Shown in pieces: positions 1 to 10,344 of a DNA stretch of 52,744 nucleotides. This DNA comes from an uncultured Candidatus Bathyarchaeia archaeon (GTDB lineage: Archaea > Thermoproteota > Bathyarchaeia > 40CM-2-53-6 > CAVXDP01), in assembly GCA_964464765.1 (NCBI GenBank), contig CAYXJU010000002.1, positions 1 through 52,744 of the forward strand. The letters run 5' to 3'. The stretch's first letter is position 1. Every line of letters starts with the position of its first letter. Position numbers and translations under genes: made by a program. The notes beneath the pieces were generated by a model. The model was given only the letters and a program-made list of their open reading frames with translations, ran no database searches and was not told where the DNA came from.

Positions 1-277
1 ACATGAAACTCGAAGGTAACATCAGACTCTTGACGGAAGCTTAGATAAGCACAAGACACTCGAAGCAAAATCCATCCGGAAAGCCTTCTCTGTCTATGCA
101 ACACCAATCCTGCCGAAATAATCAAAAAGTAAGATACGAAATCCGATATGCATGTAGATAGAGTGCAGACATAGTTTATGTTGATCCAGAAGCGATGCTT
201 TTGGGCTGGAACGGCACACATATCAGCAAAAGATATACACAACTGACTCATGAAGAACGCTTCAAGGCTGGTAACTT

Positions 278-508
278 ATGAGACAATTCACGGCTGAAGA
301 ATTGAAGCAATTTGACGGTAAGGACGGGAGGCCTGCATACGTAGCCGTCAAGGGAAAAGTCTACGATGTTACTCAAAGTAGCCTTTGGGATTCTGGATCG
401 CATTTTGAACATTTGGCTGGTATGGACCTGACCGAAATGTTTGCAAGCGCTCCACATGGCGAGGAAGTACTGGAACGTGTGACCGTCGTTGGCGAGTTGA
501 AGACCTAG
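278..508 (+). CDS. Cytochrome b5-like heme/steroid-binding domain protein
   Basis: 76-aa ORF. FTAEELKQFDGKDGRPAYVAVKGKVYDVT...LAGMDLTEMF matches the MAPR/cyt-b5-like domain pattern (ft.eEL..fdG...p.y.AvkG.VyDVt). Confidence 0.6.
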   Translation: MRQFTAEELKQFDGKDGRPAYVAVKGKVYDVTQSSLWDSGSHFEHLAGMDLTEMFASAPHGEEVLERVTVVGELKT

Positions 509-576
509 ATCACCCTCAACATGCAGACTGTAGGTAAGTTTCTATCCTTGGTGGATCAAGAACTAGCCAGATGTGA

Positions 577-888
577 GTGGGTATGACACAACCCAGGAAA
601 CCCAGAATTCAACCTGACAGCTTCGCCTGCCTCGACGACAATGAAGAAAATTTGCTCGTCACGGTCGAGCTTCCAGGCGTGAAGAAGGAGGATGTTGACC
701 TGAGGATGCGGGATGATGTTGTCTACGTGAGGGCGCAGAGAGAGGACGTGGAGTTTCTAGCGCACATCCATTCAGCTGAAAAGATTCATCCAAATAAAGC
801 AAAGGCATCTTTCCAAAACGGCCTACTAGACATAAAGGTCCCTCTTAAGGAGAAGAAATCTTCAGCGTTGAAAATCGAGATCGATTAG
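577..888 (+). CDS. Small heat-shock protein, Hsp20/alpha-crystallin family
   Basis: 103-aa ORF. LLVTVELPGVKKEDVDLRM...ASFQNGLLDIKVPLKE is the typical alpha-crystallin domain signature. GTG at 577 or ATG at 583 could be the start. Confidence 0.75.
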   Translation: MGMTQPRKPRIQPDSFACLDDNEENLLVTVELPGVKKEDVDLRMRDDVVYVRAQREDVEFLAHIHSAEKIHPNKAKASFQNGLLDIKVPLKEKKSSALKIEID

Positions 889-950
889 ACTGCTCGAAAA
901 GAGCGTGCAATCCTGTAGCATTATCCCTGAAAAGGCAAGAAAAGAGATGT

Positions 951-1520
951 TCAGTTTGTTACGTTGTATGGCATTAGTCCTCTTATAGCTAGAGCCTCAC
1001 GTAGTTTGCTCACTGCTCTTCCAACATCAATCTCGCGGTTAGCGCCTGTGCACACGAGCTTGCCACTGGCAAAGACAAGCATAACAACTTTTGGCTCTTT
1101 AAGCCTGTAAATTAATCCAGGAAATTGGTCAGGCTCGTAAATGGTTCCTTCAAGCTTGTTCGCTGCGTCTTCAAGGTCTATTCTTTGACCGAGATCAGCT
1201 GAGGCGACTACATTCCTGATAGTTACGTTCGGTTTTCCCAGTATGACAAGCCCGCCCGTCTTGAGTTCCTCAACGAGTTTCGATACCGCTCTCTTCGCTC
1301 TCCTTTCAGACTTTGCACCAGCAATTATCAATTTTCCAGTGCTGAATACAAGCGTCGCAACAGAAGGTTTCTTCAGTCGATAGACCAACCCAGGAAACTG
1401 ATCGGGCTTGTACTCAACAGATGGAAAAGCCCTCACAATCGAGTCTAAGTCTATGTTTTGATTGAGGTTCGCTGAAGCCACCACGTTTTCGATGTTGATG
1501 TTGAACTCGTTTCTTAGCAA
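951..1520 (-). CDS. tbp: TATA-box-binding protein (TBP)
   Basis: 189 aa with two direct repeats (NIENVVASANL...QFPGLVYRLKKP...VFSTGKLIIAGAKS and IRNVVASADL...QFPGLIYRLKEP...VFASGKLVCTGA), the canonical TBP fold signature. Confidence 0.95.
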   Translation of the reverse strand: MLRNEFNINIENVVASANLNQNIDLDSIVRAFPSVEYKPDQFPGLVYRLKKPSVATLVFSTGKLIIAGAKSERRAKRAVSKLVEELKTGGLVILGKPNVTIRNVVASADLGQRIDLEDAANKLEGTIYEPDQFPGLIYRLKEPKVVMLVFASGKLVCTGANREIDVGRAVSKLREALAIRGLMPYNVTN

Positions 1521-1810
1521 TTGTCTTCAGTGTTATCGTCGTGAGAGATCTAATAAAGTCAAAGACGTTTCAGAAGTGTTTTCTTTGAAATGTCTAAAGT
1601 ACTCACGTGACTTGATGGCCCAATATGCTCTCATTGGAAGGTTGCACTGATATCCCGCGGCGCCATCCATCAAAATGATACTCTAGTCTATCGTTGAACT
1701 AAGGATAGTCGGCTGATTCAGCTCTTTCACCAGATCTTGGAAAAGGGATAAGCTATTATTCAAGTCTGTGGTAGGGTAGGCGCTCAAAAATAAGTGTCTA
1801 GGTGAAATGA

Positions 1811-2365
1811 ATGATTCCAGTAACAGCTCTTCAAGCTACACCTCCAACGTCCAATTGGACAATGCTTCTGATGATAATCCCGTTACTTCTATGTTGTATG
1901 TTGCCTATGCTGATGCGAAGGGGACAAGGTACTGCTGGACCATCGACGCCCGGCGAGAGTGATGTTTGGTTCACAACCTACAAATCGGACGAAGCTTTCG
2001 AACTTGTGAAGAAAGAAGTTGATAATTGGCGACAACAAAGCCTAGAATCAATGAAACCTTCACGCTTCTCGTTAAGGAAGATTCCGAAAGAAAGATTCAC
2101 CGTCACGCAGTCTTTGCCACCCCGACTCTACCGTCTTTCCGACCCCCTTGAGGGCGAAGTGGCTTTTGAGTTCACTGAGACAGAAATAGGAGGAACTTCC
2201 ATAAGAGTCAACTTTCAGTCTCCCGCAAGAGCCCGAGTGCAAACGTTCCGAGCCTCCCTACCGATCAAACAGCCTTTTGCCGCGGGAAAGCCATGTACCG
2301 CGTGTGGCAAACCTGTCCTACCGGACTTTGTTGCCTGCCCCTACTGTGGCCAGAAACTAAAGTGA
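1811..2365 (+). CDS. Hypothetical membrane-anchored protein with C-terminal zinc ribbon
   Basis: 184-aa ORF with an N-terminal hydrophobic segment (WTMLLMIIPLLLCCMLPMLM) and a C-terminal CTACGKPV...CPYCGQKL CxxC-CxxC motif. No family recognised. Confidence 0.4.
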   Translation: MIPVTALQATPPTSNWTMLLMIIPLLLCCMLPMLMRRGQGTAGPSTPGESDVWFTTYKSDEAFELVKKEVDNWRQQSLESMKPSRFSLRKIPKERFTVTQSLPPRLYRLSDPLEGEVAFEFTETEIGGTSIRVNFQSPARARVQTFRASLPIKQPFAAGKPCTACGKPVLPDFVACPYCGQKLK

Positions 2366-2372
2366 CCATGTA

Positions 2373-2792
2373 ATGGGGCAATTTGACTGGGGCCTCCTAA
2401 TACGACATGGCCACTGGGCAACAATAAACGTCGGCAATAGGCAGCTAAATGTCTGTGCAAGATGCAGTGGAACTATTCTGGGATTCTTTTCACTATTCGC
2501 CCTGCTTCAAATGATTACGCTGTCAGCGTTCACGGGCCTTAATCTCCAGAACCAGCTGTTCCTGTGCGTCTTGCTCGTGCTGCCCGCAGGATTGGATTGG
2601 ATAAGCCAAGCATTTGGACTGAGAGAAAGTTCAAACTTCCTAAGGGGAATAACGGGTTTTCTGGAGGGAACATCTGTGGCACTATTCTCCACTGCCACAG
2701 CATCTCTGGAGTTCAAGTTCGGAGTCGTAATAGCCATTGGAGGCGCAATATCCATACTAGGGTTAATTGGAAAGAAGATTGCTTCTAGATAG
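2373..2792 (+). CDS. DUF2085-like integral membrane protein
   Basis: 139-aa ORF. An N-terminal H...CARCSG motif followed by several TM helices resembles the DUF2085 family. Confidence 0.5.
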   Translation: MGQFDWGLLIRHGHWATINVGNRQLNVCARCSGTILGFFSLFALLQMITLSAFTGLNLQNQLFLCVLLVLPAGLDWISQAFGLRESSNFLRGITGFLEGTSVALFSTATASLEFKFGVVIAIGGAISILGLIGKKIASR

Positions 2793-3004
2793 ATAGCGGG
2801 GTTTCCTTTGTACAGGATCTGAGAAGGCACTACGGCTCGGTGCCATCCTGCCTGTTTTTAGATCTATCCAAGATCGTTACTGGAATACTTTAGTCCGCAC
2901 GCGTTCTAGGACAGAGACTTTTAAAGGCAGCCTGATTTTCGTTTTTCATGCGAGGCTATCCTATCTGAAACCTAACTAGCCCCTACTAAAATGGTGAAAG
3001 CTCA

Positions 3005-5746
3005 TTGCCTGTCTATACGTGGTCGGTTTCAGATGTATTCAAGAGGTTAGGTACAGCTCCGCATGGATTGACAGAAGAGGAAGCGAAGAAACGATTCAAA
3101 GAACAAGGTCCAAATAGACTGTCCGAACCGAAGAAAGCCGCGGCAATTAGCAAGTTTTTTTTTCAGTTCAAAGATTTGTTTAGCGCTCTTCTGTTGATTG
3201 CCGCCGTCCTAGCCTTCGTAAGCAGCATGATTGAGTTTGGCTTCGCTATATTCGTTGTAGTAATCGTCAACGCCGTACTGAGCTTTGTCCAAGAATATCG
3301 TGCAGAAAGAGCTGTCAAAGCTCTCAAACGATTCCTACCTTTTCGCGCCACTGTTGTTAGGGATAATGAACCGAAAGTCATCCCAGCCGAGGAGATAGTC
3401 CCCGGCGATCTGCTGGTTCTGAATGAAGGAGATCGCGTTCCAGCAGACGCGCGTCTTGTTGAAGCATTCGATCTGTTAACAGTCAATGTTGCTCTTACAG
3501 GCGAGTCGGAACCTCAGCCCAGAGACGCTGATCCCATGCCTGTTGAGACTGCATCATGGCTCGATGTCACGAACCTTGTCTTCATGGGAGTTACAGTGGC
3601 TTCGGGGTTTGGAAAAGCGGTCGTCTATGATACGGGGATGAGAACTCAATTTGGAAAGATCGCGGGCATGAGTGAATCGATAGAGGAGCCCCTCAGCCCA
3701 CTTCAGAATCAGATATCACATGCAGCCAAGGTCGATTTCGTCATAGCGATAGCCGTCGGGGTACTGTTCTTCACACTAGGCACACTCTGGTTGCACATGA
3801 GTCAGCTCACGGGATTTCTATTCATGATAGGAGTGATGATTGCATGTGTCCCAGAGGGTCTGCAGGTTACGGTCTCGACGGCTTTGGCTTTGGAAGTGGT
3901 TCGACTTGCCCGCGAAAACGTCCTCGTTAAGAGACTTTCAGCAGTAGAAACCTTAGGCAGCACTACCGTAATCTGCACAGATAAGACCGGCACAATAACC
4001 AAAGGAGAAATGACAGCAAAGAAGATTTGGATAAACGGAGAAACAATCGAGGTGACCGGTGAAGGCTACGCTCCATCAGGAAGACTCTATACAGGAAACC
4101 AAGAACTAGTCCCTGGTGAAAGAAAAGACTTAGAACTACTTCTCGAAGTATCCGCTCTCTGCAACAACGCAAGACTGGTTCCTCCAACGGACACACGTGG
4201 ACAGTGGAGAGTGGTAGGGGATCCGACTGAAGGATCACTTCTCACATTGGCACTTAAGATGGACATGAACATCAAAAGAGAACTAGCGGAAAAACCGTTG
4301 CGCAAACTCTTGCCCTTCGAATCGATAAGAAAAAGGATGACAACCATTCATAATACCAAAGATTGCCAAGTCGCATATGTCAAAGGTGCCCCCAAAGAGA
4401 CTCTGAACGTGTGCTCCTACGTTTTGGTGGGGTCTCAAGTTTCTCCACTGACTCAGGAACGTATCGATCAAATAAACATGGCGAAGAGAAGACTTGGCGA
4501 AGAAGGCCTCAGGATCCTTGCGGCCGCATACCGAGAACTGCCGAAGAATGTGGATGAGTGGACAGTTGATACCGTCGAAAAAGATCTTGTCTTCATTGGC
4601 CTGATCGGAATCTTAGATCCCCCAAGACCGGAAGTCAAACAAGCTGTTATGGAAGCGAAGAAGGCTGGGATAAGAGTTATTCTGATTACTGGAGATTATG
4701 GGCCGACTGCACTCACAGTGGCCCGACAAGTTGGAATCGTTGAAACAGAAAAATGCACAGTCATGACAGGAGCTCAGATGGATAAGATCACAGAGCCAGA
4801 CCTTATCAGACAAATTGATGCTGGAGAGATTGTTTTCGCACGAACTACGCCAGAACATAAGATGCGTGTTGTTTCACTGCTCAAGTCCATGGGAGAAGTT
4901 GTCGCGGTGACGGGTGATGGTGCCAATGACGCTCCATCCCTCAAGAAAGCGGACATAGGTGTCTCTATGGGGGTCGCTGGCACAGATGTGGCAAGAGAAT
5001 CCGCCGACATGATTCTGCTTGACGACAGTTTCGCGTCAATTTCGAAAGCCATCGAAGGTGGTAGAACAGTCTATGACAACTTGCGAAAATTCATCACTTA
5101 CGTCTTCGCACACAACTGGGCTGAACTAATACCTTATCTTCTCTTTGTTCTGGTTGGCATTCCACTTCCTTTGCTTGTGACCCAAGTACTGGCCATCGAC
5201 TTGGGTATCGAAGTAATTCCTTCGCTGGCCTTGAGCATCGAACCTCCGGAGCCAGATATCATGAAGAGACCTCCCAGAAGCCGAAAGGAACGAGTGTTCG
5301 ACTCTAAAACGTTGGCAAGATCCCTTTTCCTTGGCTTATTCGTCTGTTCTGTGGCTTTGATTGGTTGCCTATTAGTTTGGACGCATGGAGGCTGGAGGTA
5401 CGGTTTGAGCTTGAACGCCAATGACCCAATCTATCGGCAAGGGACCACCATGACGTTTGCTGGAATAGTCCTGGCCCAATCCGCAAACCTATTTGCGTGT
5501 AGATCGGGCAGAGTGTCGATCCGCAAGATCGGCGTCTTCAGTAATAGATGGATATGGTTTGGAATAGCGTCTCAGTTTCTAATCCTATCGGCCATCGTTT
5601 ACCTTCCAATTCTTCAAGAGATCTTTGGAACATACCCGCTCACAATTGAGAATTGGAGTCTGATACTCGTGCTCGCGCCTCTTCCGCTCATAGCTGAAGA
5701 GGTTCGAAGACACTTGACGAGTCGTATTCACGGCTTCATGGACTGA
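3005..5746 (+). CDS. P-type cation-transporting ATPase (P2-type, Ca2+/Na+-K+-like)
   Basis: 913 aa. Motifs present: TGES, PEGL in TM4, phosphorylation motif ICTDKTGTIT, hinge TGDGANDAPSLKKADIGVSMG, and 10 predicted TM segments. TTG start per the ORF track. Confidence 0.9.
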   Translation: MPVYTWSVSDVFKRLGTAPHGLTEEEAKKRFKEQGPNRLSEPKKAAAISKFFFQFKDLFSALLLIAAVLAFVSSMIEFGFAIFVVVIVNAVLSFVQEYRAERAVKALKRFLPFRATVVRDNEPKVIPAEEIVPGDLLVLNEGDRVPADARLVEAFDLLTVNVALTGESEPQPRDADPMPVETASWLDVTNLVFMGVTVASGFGKAVVYDTGMRTQFGKIAGMSESIEEPLSPLQNQISHAAKVDFVIAIAVGVLFFTLGTLWLHMSQLTGFLFMIGVMIACVPEGLQVTVSTALALEVVRLARENVLVKRLSAVETLGSTTVICTDKTGTITKGEMTAKKIWINGETIEVTGEGYAPSGRLYTGNQELVPGERKDLELLLEVSALCNNARLVPPTDTRGQWRVVGDPTEGSLLTLALKMDMNIKRELAEKPLRKLLPFESIRKRMTTIHNTKDCQVAYVKGAPKETLNVCSYVLVGSQVSPLTQERIDQINMAKRRLGEEGLRILAAAYRELPKNVDEWTVDTVEKDLVFIGLIGILDPPRPEVKQAVMEAKKAGIRVILITGDYGPTALTVARQVGIVETEKCTVMTGAQMDKITEPDLIRQIDAGEIVFARTTPEHKMRVVSLLKSMGEVVAVTGDGANDAPSLKKADIGVSMGVAGTDVARESADMILLDDSFASISKAIEGGRTVYDNLRKFITYVFAHNWAELIPYLLFVLVGIPLPLLVTQVLAIDLGIEVIPSLALSIEPPEPDIMKRPPRSRKERVFDSKTLARSLFLGLFVCSVALIGCLLVWTHGGWRYGLSLNANDPIYRQGTTMTFAGIVLAQSANLFACRSGRVSIRKIGVFSNRWIWFGIASQFLILSAIVYLPILQEIFGTYPLTIENWSLILVLAPLPLIAEEVRRHLTSRIHGFMD

Positions 5747-5808
5747 GTTACTTTTTCCGGAAAGATTCAGGTACTTTCGTAATCTTCGAGACTGCAAAGA
5801 TACTCCAG

Positions 5809-6327
5809 TCATCCACTTTGTCTAATCTCGGAACTGTTCCTAGGTCGGATGATCCTTAAGCTTCTAAGGAGATTTACAAGAATGAATCCCAGTATGCCTA
5901 TGCTTATGATTGAGCCAATCCCGACGCTTGCCCACCATATCCAATAGTCCATAACCGTTATTATCGCTAGGTAGGTTCCAACAACAAATGTAACAACCAC
6001 TATCGCCACTAAGCATCCGAGCAGTTCACTCGCTCTTCCCGATTTCCATGAGTTGATTCTCCATGCCAACAGACTTGCGATGAAGTTGGCGATGGAACCG
6101 AGTGTTACGTCTGTCACGACGCTTGGAAGTGGAGTGGCGATATTTGCTATGGCGCATCCAATAGTTACACCACAAACTACAGGCCAGCCGAAAATCATTG
6201 ATAATGGAATTAGTGCGTCTGCAATACGGATCTGAACGACTCCAAAACTTATGCCGGCAAAGATGAGTACTAGAACTGCGTATAGAGCTGCGAATGCGGC
6301 TGTTAGCATAATCGAGGTTGTTTTCAA
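5809..6327 (-). CDS. QueT-family (queuosine-precursor transporter-like) membrane protein
   Basis: 172 aa. AALYAVLVL...FGVVQIRIADALIPL...GCAIANI...DVTLGSIANFIA resembles the QueT family pattern, with about 5 TM helices. Confidence 0.55.
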   Translation of the reverse strand: MKTTSIMLTAAFAALYAVLVLIFAGISFGVVQIRIADALIPLSMIFGWPVVCGVTIGCAIANIATPLPSVVTDVTLGSIANFIASLLAWRINSWKSGRASELLGCLVAIVVVTFVVGTYLAIITVMDYWIWWASVGIGSIISIGILGFILVNLLRSLRIIRPRNSSEIRQSG

Positions 6328-6457
6328 TACTCCTTCCTGCTCCGGGATTTCTAAGGCGGAACGGATGGAAGGTCCCTCACCCGCCTGCTTGGATTATAGT
6401 ATCTGGTGCGCATAAAACTTTATTGAGTCTGGCTCGATCTGAACGGTAACCAAGCTG

Positions 6458-7654
6458 ATGCAGGCCATGTCGAACGCTAAGAATAGAACGATTCTCGGAG
6501 TATCAATGAATGTTTTTGCATTAGGCCTTGTCAGCCTGTTCACAGATATCAGCACCGAGATGATAGTCGCGATACTACCATTGTTTCTCGTTTTTGAGTT
6601 AGGAGCTTCAGGCGCCATCCTTGGCACAATCGAGGGAATTACTGATTCAACATCAAGTCTGTTGCAAGTCATATCTGGTTGGCTGAGCGACCGAGCCGGA
6701 AAGCGGAAACCGCTTGCAGGTCTAGGATACGGTCTCTCAACATTAATCAAACCTCTGCTAGCAATCTCGAAGGTTTGGCCTCAAGTTCTTGTGCTTAGAT
6801 TCCTCGATAGGGTCGGCAAAGGGATTAGATCCGCTCCCCGAGATGCACTCATTGCAGACTCAACTTCATCTTCGAAAAGAGGGAGGACGTTCGGACTTCA
6901 TCGTGCCTTGGACACTCTTGGCGCAGTTATAGGTCCAAGTTTGGCCTTTCTTCTGCTTCCGCTCTTCCTCTACCGTGGTGTCTTTGCGTGGTCTCTTGTT
7001 CCTGGTCTAGTCTCAGTAGCTATCTTACTATTCTTCGTTCGTGATCAGCCCAGAACTCCAATGAAGCGATTCCAATTGGTCGTTGGAATGAAGGGGCTGT
7101 CTAAGAAGTTCAAGAGGTATCTTTTCGCTGTCCTCATCTTTGGTTTGGGCAACTTTAGCAATGCGTTCTTCATCTTGAACACAAAGATCCTGTTGACTCC
7201 CCATTTCGGAAGCACCAACGCTGTCCAAATGACAATCCTGTTGTACGCTTTGATGAACGTGATCTATGCCTTATCATCGCTACCGATAGGTGCATTCAGT
7301 GACAAGATTGGGAAACGTGTGATGTTGGGTGTGGGCTACCTTGCATTTGGATTGACATGTTTTGGATTCATGTTCGTAACTGGCAACATCTTGATGATTG
7401 CAGGACTCTTCGTTCTAACAGGTTTCTTTGCAGCCTCCGTTGATACATTAGAAAGAGCTTACACGGCTGATCTCATTCAAGAAGACTTTCGAGGTACGGG
7501 ATATGGAGTCTTGCATACAGTTAATGGTGTCGCAGATTTGCCAGCAAGCGTTCTTGCGGGATTCTTGTGGAATACTTTCTCTCCTAGCATGACTTTCATG
7601 TACGGTGGCATAATGGCAGTTCTGGCTGTAGTTGCCTTGTGGACAATCAGGTAA
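6458..7654 (+). CDS. MFS transporter
   Basis: 398 aa with 12 hydrophobic segments. An MFS loop-2/3-like motif is present (GWLSDRAGKRKP), and a second copy occurs in the C-terminal half (GAFSDKIGKR). Confidence 0.75.
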   Translation: MQAMSNAKNRTILGVSMNVFALGLVSLFTDISTEMIVAILPLFLVFELGASGAILGTIEGITDSTSSLLQVISGWLSDRAGKRKPLAGLGYGLSTLIKPLLAISKVWPQVLVLRFLDRVGKGIRSAPRDALIADSTSSSKRGRTFGLHRALDTLGAVIGPSLAFLLLPLFLYRGVFAWSLVPGLVSVAILLFFVRDQPRTPMKRFQLVVGMKGLSKKFKRYLFAVLIFGLGNFSNAFFILNTKILLTPHFGSTNAVQMTILLYALMNVIYALSSLPIGAFSDKIGKRVMLGVGYLAFGLTCFGFMFVTGNILMIAGLFVLTGFFAASVDTLERAYTADLIQEDFRGTGYGVLHTVNGVADLPASVLAGFLWNTFSPSMTFMYGGIMAVLAVVALWTIR

Positions 7655-7705
7655 GATGACAATCGAACTACTTTTCAACCAATCAGTTCGACCAAACTCA
7701 TCTTG

Positions 7706-10015
7706 TCACGAAGGATAGCACACTCTCTTCTCAGCCATTCTTCTTTTGGCTTCTGGCCACAGTGCAAATGGCTCATATGTAGCGGAGCATCGACCGATAT
7801 GGGTGATCAGGGTAGACTCGCATTTTGGGCATTTGGAAACGATCCCTACAACGTAGTTTCTGCAGCCTCGGCAATACGAGAATTGATTCGCATAGGCGAA
7901 GGACAGTATCTTTTCCGACAGGAGCTCGTTGGTAAGTTTGTTTATCGTTCTGGAATCATGTTCTTTAGGTACGAGATGCACCGGAAGCATGTGCCCGCCA
8001 TTGGTCATAGCCTGAAACTTCGCTTCAATTCCTGCTCTCTCTTTGAGAGAGATCTTATTCGAAGGAGCCAAGGTTGTAAGATCTGTATAGCAGGGATGAG
8101 CTCTCGTGCCTCCAACTACGGTTGTGGCACGACCATACTTTTCCAAGTCCAACTCAGCGAGCCTTGTAGAGGCGTCGTCGCCGGGTCTCTGTGCGACCTG
8201 CAAACGCATCTCCAACTCGTCAGACATGGTTTTGGCTTCTTTAACGATTCTTGACACGACCTCAGAGGCAAACTTCATTGCCTTTTCATCTTTGTGAAGC
8301 TCACCTTCAGTATGATACTGCGCGGCCTCGTTTAATCCCACATAACTTATCGAGTATGACCCGTTGCTCTGATAGAAATATGGGGAGCTATCGAACGCAT
8401 TCGACAGGACTGGAAGAAGACCTTGCTTCATTCTCTCAACGATACCTGCTCTCTTAGACTTGAACGCTTCGACTGTCGTCTTCATGGTTTCCGAAAGCAT
8501 TTCAAACATAACATCGTCGTCTCTATGAGCTTCGTACGCGATTCTGGGAAGATTGAGGAACAGTGTAGCAAGGTTTCCTGTCCGAACGCAGTTCGTTTCC
8601 CAATCTCCCTTCCAATCGTCGCTGAGCTTGAGACCGCTCGACGTACAGGTCATTTTCGCATCTTCCTCGATGGCAACAAAATTTGGAAGACCATACTTAC
8701 CTGCCAAGCTGTGGATACTCGACAACAAAGGCTCCAGAGCTGGATCCTCAAGTGTCTTTCCCCTTATTTTGAAGATGAAACGTGGGTTAAGCAGAAGGTT
8801 GCGAGAAGCTACTTTTGCGATTGAGTCAACAGTAGCTTCGGCCAAAAGTCTGGTTTGATTCTTGAAATCGCCGTAGGTTCCCGCATTCTTACCATCCATT
8901 CCAATTGCGTCAACCTTCTCAAGAAAACTTGGAACAACCAGTTCTATTCCAAGGGAGAAAGAAGATTTTGACACGTTGGATCCGAGCCACCTGTTCAATC
9001 TGTCGAAAAAGACGCTAAGAATATCAGTCAATCTGTCTTTCCTCAAGCCCTCGGCAAAAGGAGCAAGGAATATGTTGAACATGTCAAATGACTGTTCATT
9101 CGACACTTCAGTGGAACAGAGATCGGCTACCCTCTCCATGACTGCAAGGGCGGACTGAAAGCTGCTTGGAGGACTCAAAATCGCTGATCCTTTTCTGAAG
9201 AAGAAACGAAGATCATGTTGAACCTCCTCGGGTTTCAAAACCCAATCATCAAGAGATCCAAGATGCACTTGACCTGAGAGATGGGCGTCTGCAACATCTC
9301 GAGGAACCCCATTTAGAAGCACATATTCCTCAAGCACAGAAGAGCCAGCAGACTCCTTCACAGAATTCACATCAAGTAGTCGATCGCTTGAATCGTTCAT
9401 AAGCAGAGTAACATCGTATACTGGCATTCCGAGTCTCGTGAGCTTGTGCCTGTAATCTTCAAGCTTCTTCTCCACTAAAATGGAGTTCATCAGCTCGCGT
9501 ATCAGAGGCGCCGTAAGATACTTCGTCTTGAACTTTAGAAGCCTCTCCTCGACTTCGGCTCCAAGCTCCTGTGCAAGTTCGTGTGGAACACCGGCCTCGC
9601 GAACTAATGAATCTGCGATTTTGTCTCTGTCAAATTCCTCGATTGAGAAGCGTGAAGTTCGGACAAGCAACTTCCCTTTCTTGACAGCCACATACTCCTC
9701 CACATCCCGACCAAATCCCACTATCATCTTTCCGAGTTCCGTTGTCGAATACTTTTTCGTCTCTTTGTCCATTTCCACAAGGCTTGCTTCAACAAGGCTT
9801 TTCAGATGGTACACAAATTTTCCAGCATCTCTGACTGGATCCAACTTAATGGAGGACATTATCTCCGTGTACGCAAACGGCCCCTTCGATGACAGAAGTC
9901 TGAGAATCTGCATACGTACCGGAGCTGACGCCGCGTCAAAAACCTCTGCACTCACTCTGTTTGTGGATTGCAACAAGCTCGCCTCAAGAGTCTTACAGAG
10001 ACAACTTATGGTCAT
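7706..10015 (-). CDS. Class III (anaerobic) ribonucleotide reductase NrdD-like protein with N-terminal ArsR-type wHTH and ATP-cone
   Basis: 769 aa. The N-terminus (VRMQILRLLSSKGPFAYTEIM...FVYHLKSLVEASLV) looks like an ArsR/wHTH domain. An ATP-cone follows (LLVRTSRFSIEEFDRDKIADSLV). The body is NrdD-like (LFLNLPRIAYEA). The C-terminal Zn ribbon is CRGCRN...CPKCES. The expected RxxGY glycyl-radical motif reads RCSATY. The true start may be an internal TTG/GTG, because a TATA-like run sits only ~12 nt upstream of the ATG. Confidence 0.75.
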   Translation of the reverse strand: MTISCLCKTLEASLLQSTNRVSAEVFDAASAPVRMQILRLLSSKGPFAYTEIMSSIKLDPVRDAGKFVYHLKSLVEASLVEMDKETKKYSTTELGKMIVGFGRDVEEYVAVKKGKLLVRTSRFSIEEFDRDKIADSLVREAGVPHELAQELGAEVEERLLKFKTKYLTAPLIRELMNSILVEKKLEDYRHKLTRLGMPVYDVTLLMNDSSDRLLDVNSVKESAGSSVLEEYVLLNGVPRDVADAHLSGQVHLGSLDDWVLKPEEVQHDLRFFFRKGSAILSPPSSFQSALAVMERVADLCSTEVSNEQSFDMFNIFLAPFAEGLRKDRLTDILSVFFDRLNRWLGSNVSKSSFSLGIELVVPSFLEKVDAIGMDGKNAGTYGDFKNQTRLLAEATVDSIAKVASRNLLLNPRFIFKIRGKTLEDPALEPLLSSIHSLAGKYGLPNFVAIEEDAKMTCTSSGLKLSDDWKGDWETNCVRTGNLATLFLNLPRIAYEAHRDDDVMFEMLSETMKTTVEAFKSKRAGIVERMKQGLLPVLSNAFDSSPYFYQSNGSYSISYVGLNEAAQYHTEGELHKDEKAMKFASEVVSRIVKEAKTMSDELEMRLQVAQRPGDDASTRLAELDLEKYGRATTVVGGTRAHPCYTDLTTLAPSNKISLKERAGIEAKFQAMTNGGHMLPVHLVPKEHDSRTINKLTNELLSEKILSFAYANQFSYCRGCRNYVVGIVSKCPKCESTLITHIGRCSATYEPFALWPEAKRRMAEKRVCYPS

Positions 10016-10344
10016 CTTGTTTAAAAAATTAGAGTTACCCTACTCAATCAATGATTGGATCACTCTCATGGAGTCACCTAATCTTCTCTTCCAACAGACT
10101 CAGGTCCTGTAGAGATGTATGTTGCAGGAAAGGATCAATCGACCAATTCACTCATTGTTCATCATGACATTCTGCTACGAATCACTCGCGGACATGCTTG
10201 GGATGACGCTCCCGATATTCGCCCTGTAAGAAGGAAAGAAGAGAAGGCTAAGACAGTTAGTTTTCCAATAGAACTTATTTCATTGTCATTCTCTTAGGCA
10301 CCATCACAACTATTTTTCTCGCTTTCTTTCCGGCGTTCGGAATC

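Noticed and set aside
3163-5486. Numerous 60-107-aa antisense or out-of-frame ORFs inside the P-type ATPase gene; the same occurs inside the NrdD-like, Lhr, RPA, SHMT, PolD, Cdc6 and NrdJ genes
   Set aside because: They are fully nested in long genes with strong family signatures. Their Ser/Arg/Leu-rich compositions are typical of shadow ORFs.
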